DNA of 59,894 nucleotides from Candidatus Buchananbacteria bacterium (GTDB lineage: Bacteria > Patescibacteriota > Patescibacteriia > Buchananbacterales > UBA6539): the NCBI GenBank assembly GCA_041664165.1, contig JBAYLH010000007.1, forward strand, positions 1-59,894, read 5' to 3'. The notes under the pieces were generated by a model. It was not told the DNA's origin and made no database searches. It worked only from the letters and a program-made list of their open reading frames with translations. Shown piece after piece: positions 29,064 through 37,919 of this stretch; position 1 is the first letter of the stretch, and each line of letters opens with the position of its first letter. Both the position numbers and the translations under genes were made by a program.

Positions 29064-29188
29064 GCCAACTTGCCCCGCACCAATTCAAAAGCTAAACTTT
29101 GACTATATTATAAAGCAAGCCGCAGGCGAATCCGCGCCCAAGTATCAATGATCTCTAATTTTATTTTTTTCGCGGAATTCAGTGCGGG

Positions 29189-29218
29189 GTGGTTTTACCC
29201 GTTATTATTCAAGTCTAA
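29189..29218 (+). repeat. Partial duplicate of the rnj 3' end
   Basis: Reads VVLPVIIQV-stop versus rnj MVLPVIIQV-stop. Confidence 0.75.
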
Positions 29219-29265
29219 ACTGTGGAGATGAACAGTGGATGGCTTTTTAATAAATTTATTACTTT

Positions 29266-30513
29266 ATGAAAAAACTTTTACTCTGTTTGCCGCTTTTATT
29301 AACCTTGCTTGTTTCCGGCTGTCAAGCACCACCGATTGCCCAACCTAATGTTAACGACAACGGTGCTAATTTGGATTCAATTGGTAAAACCATTAAAGGT
29401 AATGATGAATTCGGCTTGAATTTATATACTAAATACAAGACCAAAGACGGCAATATTTTCTTTTCACCCTATAGCATCTCTTCGGCTTTGGCGATGACTT
29501 ACGAAGGCGCCAAAGGCCAAACCGCCGCTGAAATGCAGAAAGTTTTCGGCTTTTTAGCCGACCCGACCGATCGCCGGTCTTCTTTTGCTAAAATCTACAA
29601 CGATTTGAACGCAAAAAATGAAGATTACCAGCTTAACACAGCCAACGCTTTATGGGTGCAAAAAGATTTTCCATTTTTAGCTGATTATCTTAACCTGGTT
29701 GAAAAATATTACGGTGGCAAAGCAACCAATTTGGATTTTATAAATCAAACCGAACAGTCCCGACAGACAATTAACCAATGGGTGGAAAAAAAGACTAATA
29801 ACAAGATTCAAAACCTCCTGCCCCAAGGCAGTGTTTCTGGTGACACCAGGCTGATTTTAACCAATGCCGTTTATTTCAAAGGAACCTGGCTTTTCCCGTT
29901 TGAAAAAAGCAGCACTCAAAAAAAAGATTTTCAGCTAACACCAACCAATACCGTTACTGTCGATATGATGCAACTATACGGCAAAAAATTTAAGTATAGC
30001 GAGACTAATAAACTCCAAGCCTTAGAAATACCATACAAGGGTGATAAAATTTCCATGCTAATTCTATTGCCAAAAAATAACGATTTGGCGTATCTGGAAA
30101 ATAACCTCAACTTGAAAAATTTAAATGAGTGGAAAACCAGCATGAACTCAGAAAAAGTCACAGTTTTTTTACCTAAATATAAATTTGATACAAAATATGA
30201 TATGGCCCAAGATTTAACTCAATTAGGCATGCCAACCGCTTTCAATTGTTCACTCGCTGATTTCTCCGGCATGACCGGCAAAACTGACTTATGTATTGAC
30301 CAGGTCATTCATAAAGCCTTTATTGAAGTTGATGAACAGGGAACTGAAGCCGCGGCGGCTACGGCGGTTATCATGAAGACTAGCATGGCTGGTCCGACTC
30401 AACCAGAAAAAATCTACTTTTTTAATGCTGATCATCCATTTATCTTCTTAATTCAAGACAAACAAAGCGGCAATATCTTATTTTTAGGCCGAGTCAGCGA
30501 CCCGACCAAATAA
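29266..30513 (+). CDS. Serpin-family protease inhibitor, probable lipoprotein
   Basis: NIFFSPYSISSALAMTYEGAKGQT, hinge EQGTEAAAATAV, FNADHPFIFLI; lipobox LLVSGC. Confidence 0.95.
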   Translation: MKKLLLCLPLLLTLLVSGCQAPPIAQPNVNDNGANLDSIGKTIKGNDEFGLNLYTKYKTKDGNIFFSPYSISSALAMTYEGAKGQTAAEMQKVFGFLADPTDRRSSFAKIYNDLNAKNEDYQLNTANALWVQKDFPFLADYLNLVEKYYGGKATNLDFINQTEQSRQTINQWVEKKTNNKIQNLLPQGSVSGDTRLILTNAVYFKGTWLFPFEKSSTQKKDFQLTPTNTVTVDMMQLYGKKFKYSETNKLQALEIPYKGDKISMLILLPKNNDLAYLENNLNLKNLNEWKTSMNSEKVTVFLPKYKFDTKYDMAQDLTQLGMPTAFNCSLADFSGMTGKTDLCIDQVIHKAFIEVDEQGTEAAAATAVIMKTSMAGPTQPEKIYFFNADHPFIFLIQDKQSGNILFLGRVSDPTK

Positions 30514-30528
30514 TTGCCTTCCCGCAGC

Positions 30529-30606
30529 CGCAATGAAATCGGCCAATTCCTATACCAAAAAACCAAAAGAAGGCCACTGGTTTTACCAGCCATTATTCAA
30601 GTCTAA
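30529..30606 (+). repeat. Diverged duplicate of the last 25 codons of rnj
   Basis: Reads RNEIGQFLYQKTKRRPLVLPAIIQV-stop versus rnj RNEIGQFLYQKTQRRPMVLPVIIQV-stop. Confidence 0.9.
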
Positions 30607-30632
30607 ACTAATTTTTGGTACAATAAATCTAT

Positions 30633-30968
30633 ATGGATATTATTATTAAAAGCATAGCGTCTGGCATAGTAACGGCAATAATTTTGCTAATTGCAAAATT
30701 TGCCGGCCCTAAAATGGGGGGGGCAATTGGCGGAATACCAATCGTTTTTGCCGTGTCGTATGTCATGCTGACCTTAAAGGACAAAAGTTTAGGCCATGAA
30801 TTTCTAATTGGCGGAATTTATGGCGCTATCGCTGCAATATTTTTCAGTCTTATTCTTATGTGGTTTAATATTCAGTTTGCTAAAAGCCATTGGTTAAATT
30901 TTGCCATAGCCTATATTCTGACATTTTTACTTGCCCTTGCTCTAGTATATTTTACCTCAAAGAAATAA
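30633..30968 (+). CDS. Small 4-TM membrane protein (DUF3147-like)
   Basis: IIKSIASGIVTAII, GGAIGGIP motifs; family recalled from motif only. Confidence 0.65.
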   Translation: MDIIIKSIASGIVTAIILLIAKFAGPKMGGAIGGIPIVFAVSYVMLTLKDKSLGHEFLIGGIYGAIAAIFFSLILMWFNIQFAKSHWLNFAIAYILTFLLALALVYFTSKK

Positions 30969-31059
30969 TGGAAATAAAATAGTCTTCTAGCAAACACAGA
31001 GCGCAGAGTTGACAAAGATTTTAAACCTGCTAAACTGGATTTATTCGTTAACAATTCTA

Positions 31060-31498
31060 AAACCTATGAAACGTGTCCCCCCCCACTTTCTATTCTACTT
31101 AATCCAGAAATCAAATCGAGATAATATATAAAACTTTAAATCAAGAGAATAGAAAGTGAAAAAGAAAGTGGGGGAGGGATTGGGCACGCTTCGTTACGTC
31201 GCTCGCGAACGATGTAACAAGGTGATTACTGCGTTAGTGGCAATCCGGCAGCCTCCGTAACCAAGGGCTAGAGCGTGTTGCCCCGAATCAAGTTCGGGGT
31301 CAAAGCGCTTGAAAGTTTACCCCCACACCTTGGATGAATAATCCAGGGCGTGAAGCCAACTCAAATTAAAATAAATTTAATGGCAACAACTTAACCCAAA
31401 AGGTTAAGGTGTAGGGGTGAATAAGGGTGGTACCGCGGAATAACCTTTCGTCCCTTAAGTATATTTTAGATATACCTAAGAGCTGAGAGGTTTTTTTG
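31060..31498 (+). promoter_or_regulatory. T-box leader/antiterminator upstream of trpS; 5' boundary uncertain
   Basis: AATAAGGGTGGTACCGCGG...TTTCGTCCCTT at 31420-31456, followed by hairpin and T-run to 31498. Confidence 0.8.
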
Positions 31499-31543
31499 TT
31501 GGCGGCAACTAGAGGCTCTTTAGACGAGAAGGAGGATTAGACC

Positions 31544-31729
31544 ATGGCTTGGGGTCAAACTAAAGTCTTGGAAGGGGCGGGAATTTGCCCCTTTTGTCAG
31601 CAACCGAAAGCTGGCACCAAAACCGGCCCGGTCGGCGGCGGCGGCTGGGGCAGCCAATGCAGAGAAGGGATGATAGCTTGCTGCATTAATCCCAATTGCT
31701 CCGAAGGCCGGAAGAATCCGGCCAAATAA
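31544..31729 (+). CDS. Small Cys-rich hypothetical protein (putative Zn-binding)
   Basis: Strong SD AAGGAGG 7 nt before the ATG; CPFC...C...CCINPNC. Confidence 0.55.
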   Translation: MAWGQTKVLEGAGICPFCQQPKAGTKTGPVGGGGWGSQCREGMIACCINPNCSEGRKNPAK

Positions 31730-31849
31730 AAGCAATAAGCAGCTTGGTTTCACCATTGAGTCGCTGGCGGCAGGAATTATCCTCCGCCAGCGGCCATTTT
31801 TTCAAAATTAACAGTTTACAATAAACGATTTAAGTAATAAAATAAGTAT

Positions 31850-32821
31850 ATGACTAAAGAAATTATCGTGTCGGGAATTAGACCGACGGGAAAACTTCAT
31901 ATCGGCAACTATTTGGGGGCTTTAAAAAACTTCGTTAAACTGCAAAAAGATTACGAGTGCTACTTTTTTATTGCTGATCTGCATTCTTTGAATGCGCCAT
32001 TTGATCCTAAAATCAAACCTCAGCAAATTTTAAATTTGGTCAAAGATTTTCTAGCCGCCGGATTGGACCCAAAAAAATGCACCCTCTTTATTCAGTCTCA
32101 TATCGCCGAACATAGCGAACTGGCGGTTATCCTTTCCAATTTTATTCCGGCATCTTTCCTTTTCCGAATGACTCAATATAAAGAAAAGTCTGCCGATCAA
32201 TCCCAAGAGAATGCAAATGCCGGCCTGCTTTATTATCCGATTTTAATGGCTTCGGACATATTGATGTACAAAGCCAGCCGCGTACCGGTCGGTATTGACC
32301 AAACCCAGCACGTTGAACTGGCTCGAGATGCCGCCGGTTTTTTCAACAACAAATTCGGCGGAACTTTCCCGGAGCCAAAGCCGCTTTATACGGAGACACC
32401 AAAAGTTATGAGCTTATTGGCGCCTGATAAAAAAATGGCAAAAAGCTTAGGCGATAGTCATTGTCTTTATATCGACGACGAACCGGAAGTAATCAAAACC
32501 AAGCTGGCCAAGGCAGTAACCGACACCGGCGACGGCAAAAGTTTAGGCGCGAAAAATCTTTTGGATTTAGTCAAAATCTTCAGCACCAAAAAAACCTACG
32601 ATAAACTCTCAGCCGACAGCAATGCCGGCAAATTAAAATACTCGGAATTAAAAAGCCAGCTGGCTTTAGACATTGCCGACTATTTTGCCGATTTCCGCAA
32701 AAAGAAAAAACAAATTACTGAAAAAGAAGTAAAAAAAGTTTTAGCGGCCGGCGCCAAAAAAGCCCAAAAGGTCGCCGCTAAAACCATGGCTGAAATCCGG
32801 AAAAAAATTGGTTTAAGATAA
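31850..32821 (+). CDS. trpS: Tryptophan--tRNA ligase
   Basis: SGIRPTGKLHIGNYLGA, VPVGIDQTQHVELAR and KKMAKS motifs. Confidence 0.97.
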   Translation: MTKEIIVSGIRPTGKLHIGNYLGALKNFVKLQKDYECYFFIADLHSLNAPFDPKIKPQQILNLVKDFLAAGLDPKKCTLFIQSHIAEHSELAVILSNFIPASFLFRMTQYKEKSADQSQENANAGLLYYPILMASDILMYKASRVPVGIDQTQHVELARDAAGFFNNKFGGTFPEPKPLYTETPKVMSLLAPDKKMAKSLGDSHCLYIDDEPEVIKTKLAKAVTDTGDGKSLGAKNLLDLVKIFSTKKTYDKLSADSNAGKLKYSELKSQLALDIADYFADFRKKKKQITEKEVKKVLAAGAKKAQKVAAKTMAEIRKKIGLR

Positions 32822-32825
32822 AAAT

Positions 32826-33371
32826 ATGACTATTGTTTACTCAATTGCTTTTTTTATTGCTGGCGTTGCTTTAATTATCGGCCTGTTTACCCTGGCGAGC
32901 TTGATTGTTTTGTTTTTTACTAAAGTCCCGTTTGTGCCGACGCCGAAAAAAAATGTCAAGCTAATTATCGATCAGCTGAATTTGAAGCCCGGCCAGATTT
33001 TTTACGATTTAGGCTGCGGCGACGGCCGATTTTTAATTGAAGCCGAGAAACACGGCGCCAAAGTTTTTGGCTTTGAAATCTCGCCCTGGGCTCATTTTCG
33101 GGCGAGGTTGAATTTAATAATTCACCAAAGCCGCGGCAAAATCTTTTACCAAAATTTTTATTTCCGCCCGATTGCCGATGCCGATGCAGTTTTTTGTTTT
33201 TTGATGGATAATGTCATGCCCAAAGTTGAAGAAAAGCTGCTCAAAGAGCTGAAACCGGGAGCCATTGTCGCCAGTTACGGCTTTAAAATGCCGAATTGGT
33301 CGCCGGAAAAAATAGTTGACCTCAAGCCTTTTGATAAAAAAGCAAGCAAAATTTATATCTATAAAAAATAA
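32826..33371 (+). CDS. Membrane-anchored class I SAM-dependent methyltransferase
   Basis: N-terminal TM, PFVPT, FYDLGCGDGR, GFEISP motifs. Confidence 0.88.
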   Translation: MTIVYSIAFFIAGVALIIGLFTLASLIVLFFTKVPFVPTPKKNVKLIIDQLNLKPGQIFYDLGCGDGRFLIEAEKHGAKVFGFEISPWAHFRARLNLIIHQSRGKIFYQNFYFRPIADADAVFCFLMDNVMPKVEEKLLKELKPGAIVASYGFKMPNWSPEKIVDLKPFDKKASKIYIYKK

Positions 33372-33384
33372 CCGACTAATAACT

Positions 33385-34632
33385 ATGCCTTCACCCTTTC
33401 AAAATGCGATGCGACAATTGGCCATTGCGGCCAAAATTTTAAAGCTAAAACCAAAAGACTTGGCGGCTTTGCAAAAACCAAAAAGAATTTTTAAAGCTGA
33501 TATTTCGGTAAAAATGGATAACGGACAAACCAAAAAATTCAAGGCCTTCCGGGTTCAATATAATGATTTTCGCGGACCGTTTAAAGGCGGCATCCGGTTT
33601 CATTCCCAAGTCAATTTGGATGAGGTCAAGGCTTTGGCTTTTTGGATGACCATCAAAACCGCGACTGTCGGCATTCCCATGGGCGGCGGCAAAGGCGGCG
33701 TGGTTGTTGATCCGCGCCACTTGTCACTTCCCGAACTGGAAAAATTGTCCCGCGGCTATATCAAAGCTTTTTATAAACACCTGGGCCCCAAGCTTGATGT
33801 TCCGGCTCCCGACGTCAACACCAATTCCCAAATCATGGATTGGATGGTTGACGAATACAACAAACTGACCGGAAAAATCCAACCGGCGGTCATCACCGGC
33901 AAATCTTTGGCCGGCGGCGGTTCACTGGGCCGCGACACGGCTACAGCCGACGGCGGCTTTTTCATCCTTGACGCTTTGGTTAAAAAATTAAAAATTAATC
34001 CAAAAAATACCACCGTGGCCGTTCAAGGCTATGGCAACGCCGGCGCCAATATCGCCCATTCGCTTTACCATGCCGGTTTTAAAATCGTGGCGGTTTCCGA
34101 TTCCCAGACTGCCGTCGTTGACGCCAAAAACCAAGGATTCGATGCCCATGTCATTGAAAAAATTAAAAAAAATCATGGCCGGGTTGATATTTGCGGCTGC
34201 GATAAAATTAAGTGCGGCTGTACCGATCACCAGCATCTTGACCCGAAAAAAATCCTGGAATATCCTTGCGACATTTTGGTTTTAGCCGCGCTGGAAAATC
34301 AAATCACCAAAACGAACATGAAAAAAATTAAGGCTAAAATAATTTTGGAACTCGCTAACGGGCCATTAACCCCGGATGCCGATTGCTATCTTTTCGGCAA
34401 AGGCGTAACCGTTTTGCCCGATGTTTTGGCCAATGCCGGCGGGGTAACGGTTTCCTATTTTGAGTGGCTGCAAAATCTAAAGCATGAGAAGTGGAGCCGA
34501 ACCAAAGTCAAAAAAATGCTCAAGCCGATTATGATTAAGGCTTTTACCGAAATCCAAAACGTCGCCAAAAAATACCAGGTTGATTTGCGTACTGCCGCTT
34601 TTGTCGGCGCCGTTAAAAAACTAGTGAGATAA
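33385..34632 (+). CDS. gdhA: Glu/Leu/Phe/Val dehydrogenase (glutamate dehydrogenase)
   Basis: GPFKGGIRF, PMGGGKGG, DVPAPDVNT, QGYGNAG and NAGGVTVSYFEW motifs; ATG at 33385 chosen. Confidence 0.93.
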   Translation: MPSPFQNAMRQLAIAAKILKLKPKDLAALQKPKRIFKADISVKMDNGQTKKFKAFRVQYNDFRGPFKGGIRFHSQVNLDEVKALAFWMTIKTATVGIPMGGGKGGVVVDPRHLSLPELEKLSRGYIKAFYKHLGPKLDVPAPDVNTNSQIMDWMVDEYNKLTGKIQPAVITGKSLAGGGSLGRDTATADGGFFILDALVKKLKINPKNTTVAVQGYGNAGANIAHSLYHAGFKIVAVSDSQTAVVDAKNQGFDAHVIEKIKKNHGRVDICGCDKIKCGCTDHQHLDPKKILEYPCDILVLAALENQITKTNMKKIKAKIILELANGPLTPDADCYLFGKGVTVLPDVLANAGGVTVSYFEWLQNLKHEKWSRTKVKKMLKPIMIKAFTEIQNVAKKYQVDLRTAAFVGAVKKLVR

Positions 34633-34667
34633 AAAAACTCCTTCGTCCAAAATTCAGGACGAAGGAG
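34631..34667 (-). terminator. Intrinsic terminator after the FGGY kinase gene
   Basis: CTCCTTCGTCC/GGACGAAGGAG perfect 11-bp stem with 7 A on the + strand. Confidence 0.75.
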
Positions 34668-34694
34668 ACTAAATAGCAATTTCCTCCTGTTTCT

Positions 34695-36020
34695 TCAACG
34701 AAGCATTGCCAGCGCTTCGTTGAAAGTTTTAGCATCGCCGACGCGAACCAAAGCGTCAGCGGCCAAACCGGCATGAGTCGCTTCCGCGGCGAACGGCGGG
34801 ATGTGGACTTTGTAGCCCAGCTTTCTCAAAGCGTTGATGAAAGCGCTGTTCTGCGCCCAGCCGCCGATCACGCTAATCTCCGTCGGTGCCGCTAAACGCA
34901 AAACTCCTGCCGTGGCTTCCAATTTTTGATGACAAGCCAGAGCCGCCGACTTGAGCAAACCGGCAATCGCCGCCTGCGGGCTTCGTTTGTTATAGAGTTC
35001 TCTCAGCCAAGTCTTAGCCTCGGCTTCGTCTGTTGGCATGCCAGTCAAGTCATAAGGTCTGGTACAATCAATTACTGTGTTTGCCTGTAGTGCCGCGGTG
35101 GCATAATCCCAATTGGCGAACCCAATCATCCACTTATAGGCTCTGCCAAGCTGAGCGATATTAGTAATCGCCGCCCGACTGGATCCAATCCCTTCAAACG
35201 CAATGCCGGCCGCAAAAGTCTGAGCCGTCGGTTTAATCCCGAGGTGTTTTAGCAGGCAAAACGCTATCCCCAGCCAAGTACCGGACCAAATCACCCAGGG
35301 ACACTGACTGAAACCGACCATTCTGGCCGGCACCGAATCGTGAGTTACGGGCACGATGATCGCCCCGCTGGCACGGTCTCTCACCACTTCGCACCGTCGG
35401 AAAAAATCAGACCGGAATAGCTTGGCAGCTAGATCTTTGCCAAACAGTTTTCGGTATAGCGCTTCTGAGGTGAGTGTCGCCAAACCCTGGCTTTGCCACA
35501 TTACTTGATCGGCTCTTAAACCTACCCGCCAATTATGCAAAACACCTGTCAGCCAGTCAGCCAACGGCACAATTGTGTCGGTATTCCACATTGTACTTCG
35601 GGAGGCAAACATCGCTGCCAGCTGGCAATAAGGCTGGTAAAAATCCACGTTTGCCCCGCCGGTGGCCATGTAAAGCTCAAGGGCGGGAATTTTGGCCGTA
35701 ATTTCGGCCAATACACCTTCCGGAGTTGAGGGGTAATGCCGCGCCTTGAGAGGGAAACCAGACTTCAAAAATACCAGGTCAGCTCCGGGCATCGCGCCGG
35801 CAATTAAGTCACCTCGGCCGGCATAGCTTCTGACCGCTTTCATCATATCTTGCAACCAATCTAGCGGCCAGTAGATCGCTCCGCCTTTCCCAGTTTGCCA
35901 AGGAACCTTGGCCTCAACTACCTTCTGATTGCCAGTTGGACTATACACTCTGACGGTGAAGTCAGAGGTTGCCCCAAATCCGGCCGCCACCACATTTCTG
36001 CTGCCCTTTTTACTATTCAC
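34695..36020 (-). CDS. Divergent FGGY-family carbohydrate kinase (rhamnulokinase-like)
   Basis: AAGFGATS, PVTHDS, IWSGTWLG and VIGGWAQN resemble FGGY/RhaB motifs; SD AAGGAG before the GTG. Confidence 0.65.
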   Translation of the reverse strand: MNSKKGSRNVVAAGFGATSDFTVRVYSPTGNQKVVEAKVPWQTGKGGAIYWPLDWLQDMMKAVRSYAGRGDLIAGAMPGADLVFLKSGFPLKARHYPSTPEGVLAEITAKIPALELYMATGGANVDFYQPYCQLAAMFASRSTMWNTDTIVPLADWLTGVLHNWRVGLRADQVMWQSQGLATLTSEALYRKLFGKDLAAKLFRSDFFRRCEVVRDRASGAIIVPVTHDSVPARMVGFSQCPWVIWSGTWLGIAFCLLKHLGIKPTAQTFAAGIAFEGIGSSRAAITNIAQLGRAYKWMIGFANWDYATAALQANTVIDCTRPYDLTGMPTDEAEAKTWLRELYNKRSPQAAIAGLLKSAALACHQKLEATAGVLRLAAPTEISVIGGWAQNSAFINALRKLGYKVHIPPFAAEATHAGLAADALVRVGDAKTFNEALAMLR

Positions 36021-36137
36021 GGCTAGTTCTCCTTATGTGTTGTAATTCAGCCAATTTGCTTAAGCTAAATCTAGGGTAGATACCATAAGACTACTGGTTA
36101 TTTAACATAAAATCATTCCCTTTGTCAATAAAATTTT

Positions 36138-36189
36138 AATTTGTCATTTCCGCCCTGGTCTATTGATGACAAGCTTGATGTGAAATCCC
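36138..36189. repeat. Left end of the composite repeat element
   Basis: aatttgtcatttccgccctggtctattgatgacaagcttgatgtgaaatcc matches the starts of the elements at 51284 and 59573. Confidence 0.7.
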
Positions 36190-36262
36190 AGAAGTTTTGA
36201 TTAAACTCTGGATAAACAAAAAACCGAAGTATCACCTTCGGCTTGGTATTAATTAAAAATTA

Positions 36263-37069
36263 TCAGCTTAACTCGATTTTTTCCAGTTCAATTTTTCGGC
36301 CCAGCCAGTCTTGGGCATTATCTTTAAAAACTGCCGTCAAGTCGGTGACTAAAAAGCGATTATTTTTTCCTTTGACTAATTTACTTTCAATTTCCGGATG
36401 GCGCTTAAGATAATCAACCAATTTTTCCCCGACGATTTTAGCCGAATCCAAAACTTTGATATTTTTGCCGCCGACGCGCTGAAATGATTTATATAAAATC
36501 GGATAATGGGTGCAGCCTAAAATTAAAGTGTCGATTTTCTGCTGCTTTATCGGCCTTAAATAAAAGCGCAGTATTTTCATGGTTTCCGGCCTGGCTCCCC
36601 AGCCTTCTTCGATTAATGGCACGAGCAGCGGACAAGGCCGGGCGATTACTTTTATTTCCGGTTTTAAGACTTTTAATTCCCGATCATAAGCGCCGGAGCT
36701 AATCGTTGCCCTGGTGCCGCAAACGCCAATCCGATTGGAGCGTGAGACCTTAATTGCCGCTTCGGCGACCGGCCGGATCACGCCGAGCACTCGCTTGTCT
36801 GGATAATGTTTAGGCAGCCATTCCTGCTGCAGTTTTTTCAAAGCTTCGGCCGAAGCGGTATTACAGGCCAAAATAACCAGTTCGCAGCCTTGCTTGAATA
36901 AATAATCAACCGCCTCAACGGTAAACTTGTAAATTAATTCCTGCGACCGGTTGCCGTAAGGCGTTCTGGCCGTATCGCCCAAATACAAAAGCTGGTAGCC
37001 GGGTAATTGCCTGGCTACTTCTTTATAAACGGTTAAACCGCCGATGCCGGAATCAAAGATGCCAATCAT
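36263..37069 (-). CDS. murI: Glutamate racemase
   Basis: IGIFDSGIGGLTV, PYGNRS, LACNTAS and LGCTHYP motifs. Confidence 0.98.
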   Translation of the reverse strand: MIGIFDSGIGGLTVYKEVARQLPGYQLLYLGDTARTPYGNRSQELIYKFTVEAVDYLFKQGCELVILACNTASAEALKKLQQEWLPKHYPDKRVLGVIRPVAEAAIKVSRSNRIGVCGTRATISSGAYDRELKVLKPEIKVIARPCPLLVPLIEEGWGARPETMKILRFYLRPIKQQKIDTLILGCTHYPILYKSFQRVGGKNIKVLDSAKIVGEKLVDYLKRHPEIESKLVKGKNNRFLVTDLTAVFKDNAQDWLGRKIELEKIELS

Positions 37070-37136
37070 GGATTAGTTGGTAAGTTTACAAGTTAATAAA
37101 TTTTTAAGTTGGTAAGTTGAAGTTCGGATCGAACTA

Positions 37137-37901
37137 TTATTTTTTAGCGAAGCCGTCAAAAGCTTTCAAGGTTTCCACCGGCACCATAAAGACAACCGTA
37201 TTGGAATCATCGGAAGACATATCGTTAATCGACTGCAAAGTTCGCAAATGAAGCGCGCCCGGCACTTTAGCCAGAGTTTCGGCCGCTTTGCTCAAATTCT
37301 GCGAAGCCAGCACTTCGCCTTCGGAATTAATAATCACCGCGCGTTTTTCCCTTTCCGCTTCGGCTTGTTTGGCAATCGTCCGCTTCATCCCTTCGGGCAA
37401 AGTAATATCCTTTAATTCCACGTCAATAATTTGAATGCCCCAGGATTCCGAAGATTTATCGACAATTTCTTTGATCCGGGAAGAAATCTGCTCCCGATTG
37501 GCCAAAAGTTCGTCCAAGGTAACTTCGCCGCTGGCGTTTCTCATCGTGGTTTGAGCCAGCTGGGAAACGGCAAATTCATAATTTTCCACTTCCAATTTGG
37601 CCTTGGAGGCGTCAACAACCCGATAATAAATAACCGCATTGATTTTGACCGAAACATTATCACGGGTAATTGATTCCTGATCCGGAACATCGGCGACTTT
37701 AGTTCGAATGTCAATTTTAAACATCCGCTGAATATTCAAAAAAGTAAAAATCCAAGTCAAGCCCGGCTGGCGCATGCCCGCGTACCGACCCAAAGTTAGA
37801 ATTACTCCCCGCTCATTTTGGTCAACCACTCTCAAACCGGCAATTAGAATAACTACGATAAAGATACCGACTAAACTAAGCACTGATAAAAATGGACCCA
37901 T
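37137..37901 (-). CDS. SPFH/band 7 (slipin/stomatin-like) protein
   Basis: N-terminal TM, ITRDNVSVKINAVIYYRV, AQTTMRN and QAEAEREKRA motifs. Confidence 0.95.
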   Translation of the reverse strand: MGPFLSVLSLVGIFIVVILIAGLRVVDQNERGVILTLGRYAGMRQPGLTWIFTFLNIQRMFKIDIRTKVADVPDQESITRDNVSVKINAVIYYRVVDASKAKLEVENYEFAVSQLAQTTMRNASGEVTLDELLANREQISSRIKEIVDKSSESWGIQIIDVELKDITLPEGMKRTIAKQAEAEREKRAVIINSEGEVLASQNLSKAAETLAKVPGALHLRTLQSINDMSSDDSNTVVFMVPVETLKAFDGFAKK

Positions 37902-37919
37902 ACTTTTTGCAATTAATAA

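Noticed and set aside
31140-31260. Possible SAM-I riboswitch, SRP or 6S RNA (ATCAAGAG, GAGGGATTGG, CCGGCAGCC fragments)
   Set aside because: The motifs are not correctly spaced and are partly explained by a palindromic insertion; the diagnostic cores are missing. An Infernal search would settle it.
33316-33384. Longer start for gdhA
   Set aside because: It overlaps the upstream methyltransferase; the ATG at 33385 gives a typical N-terminus.
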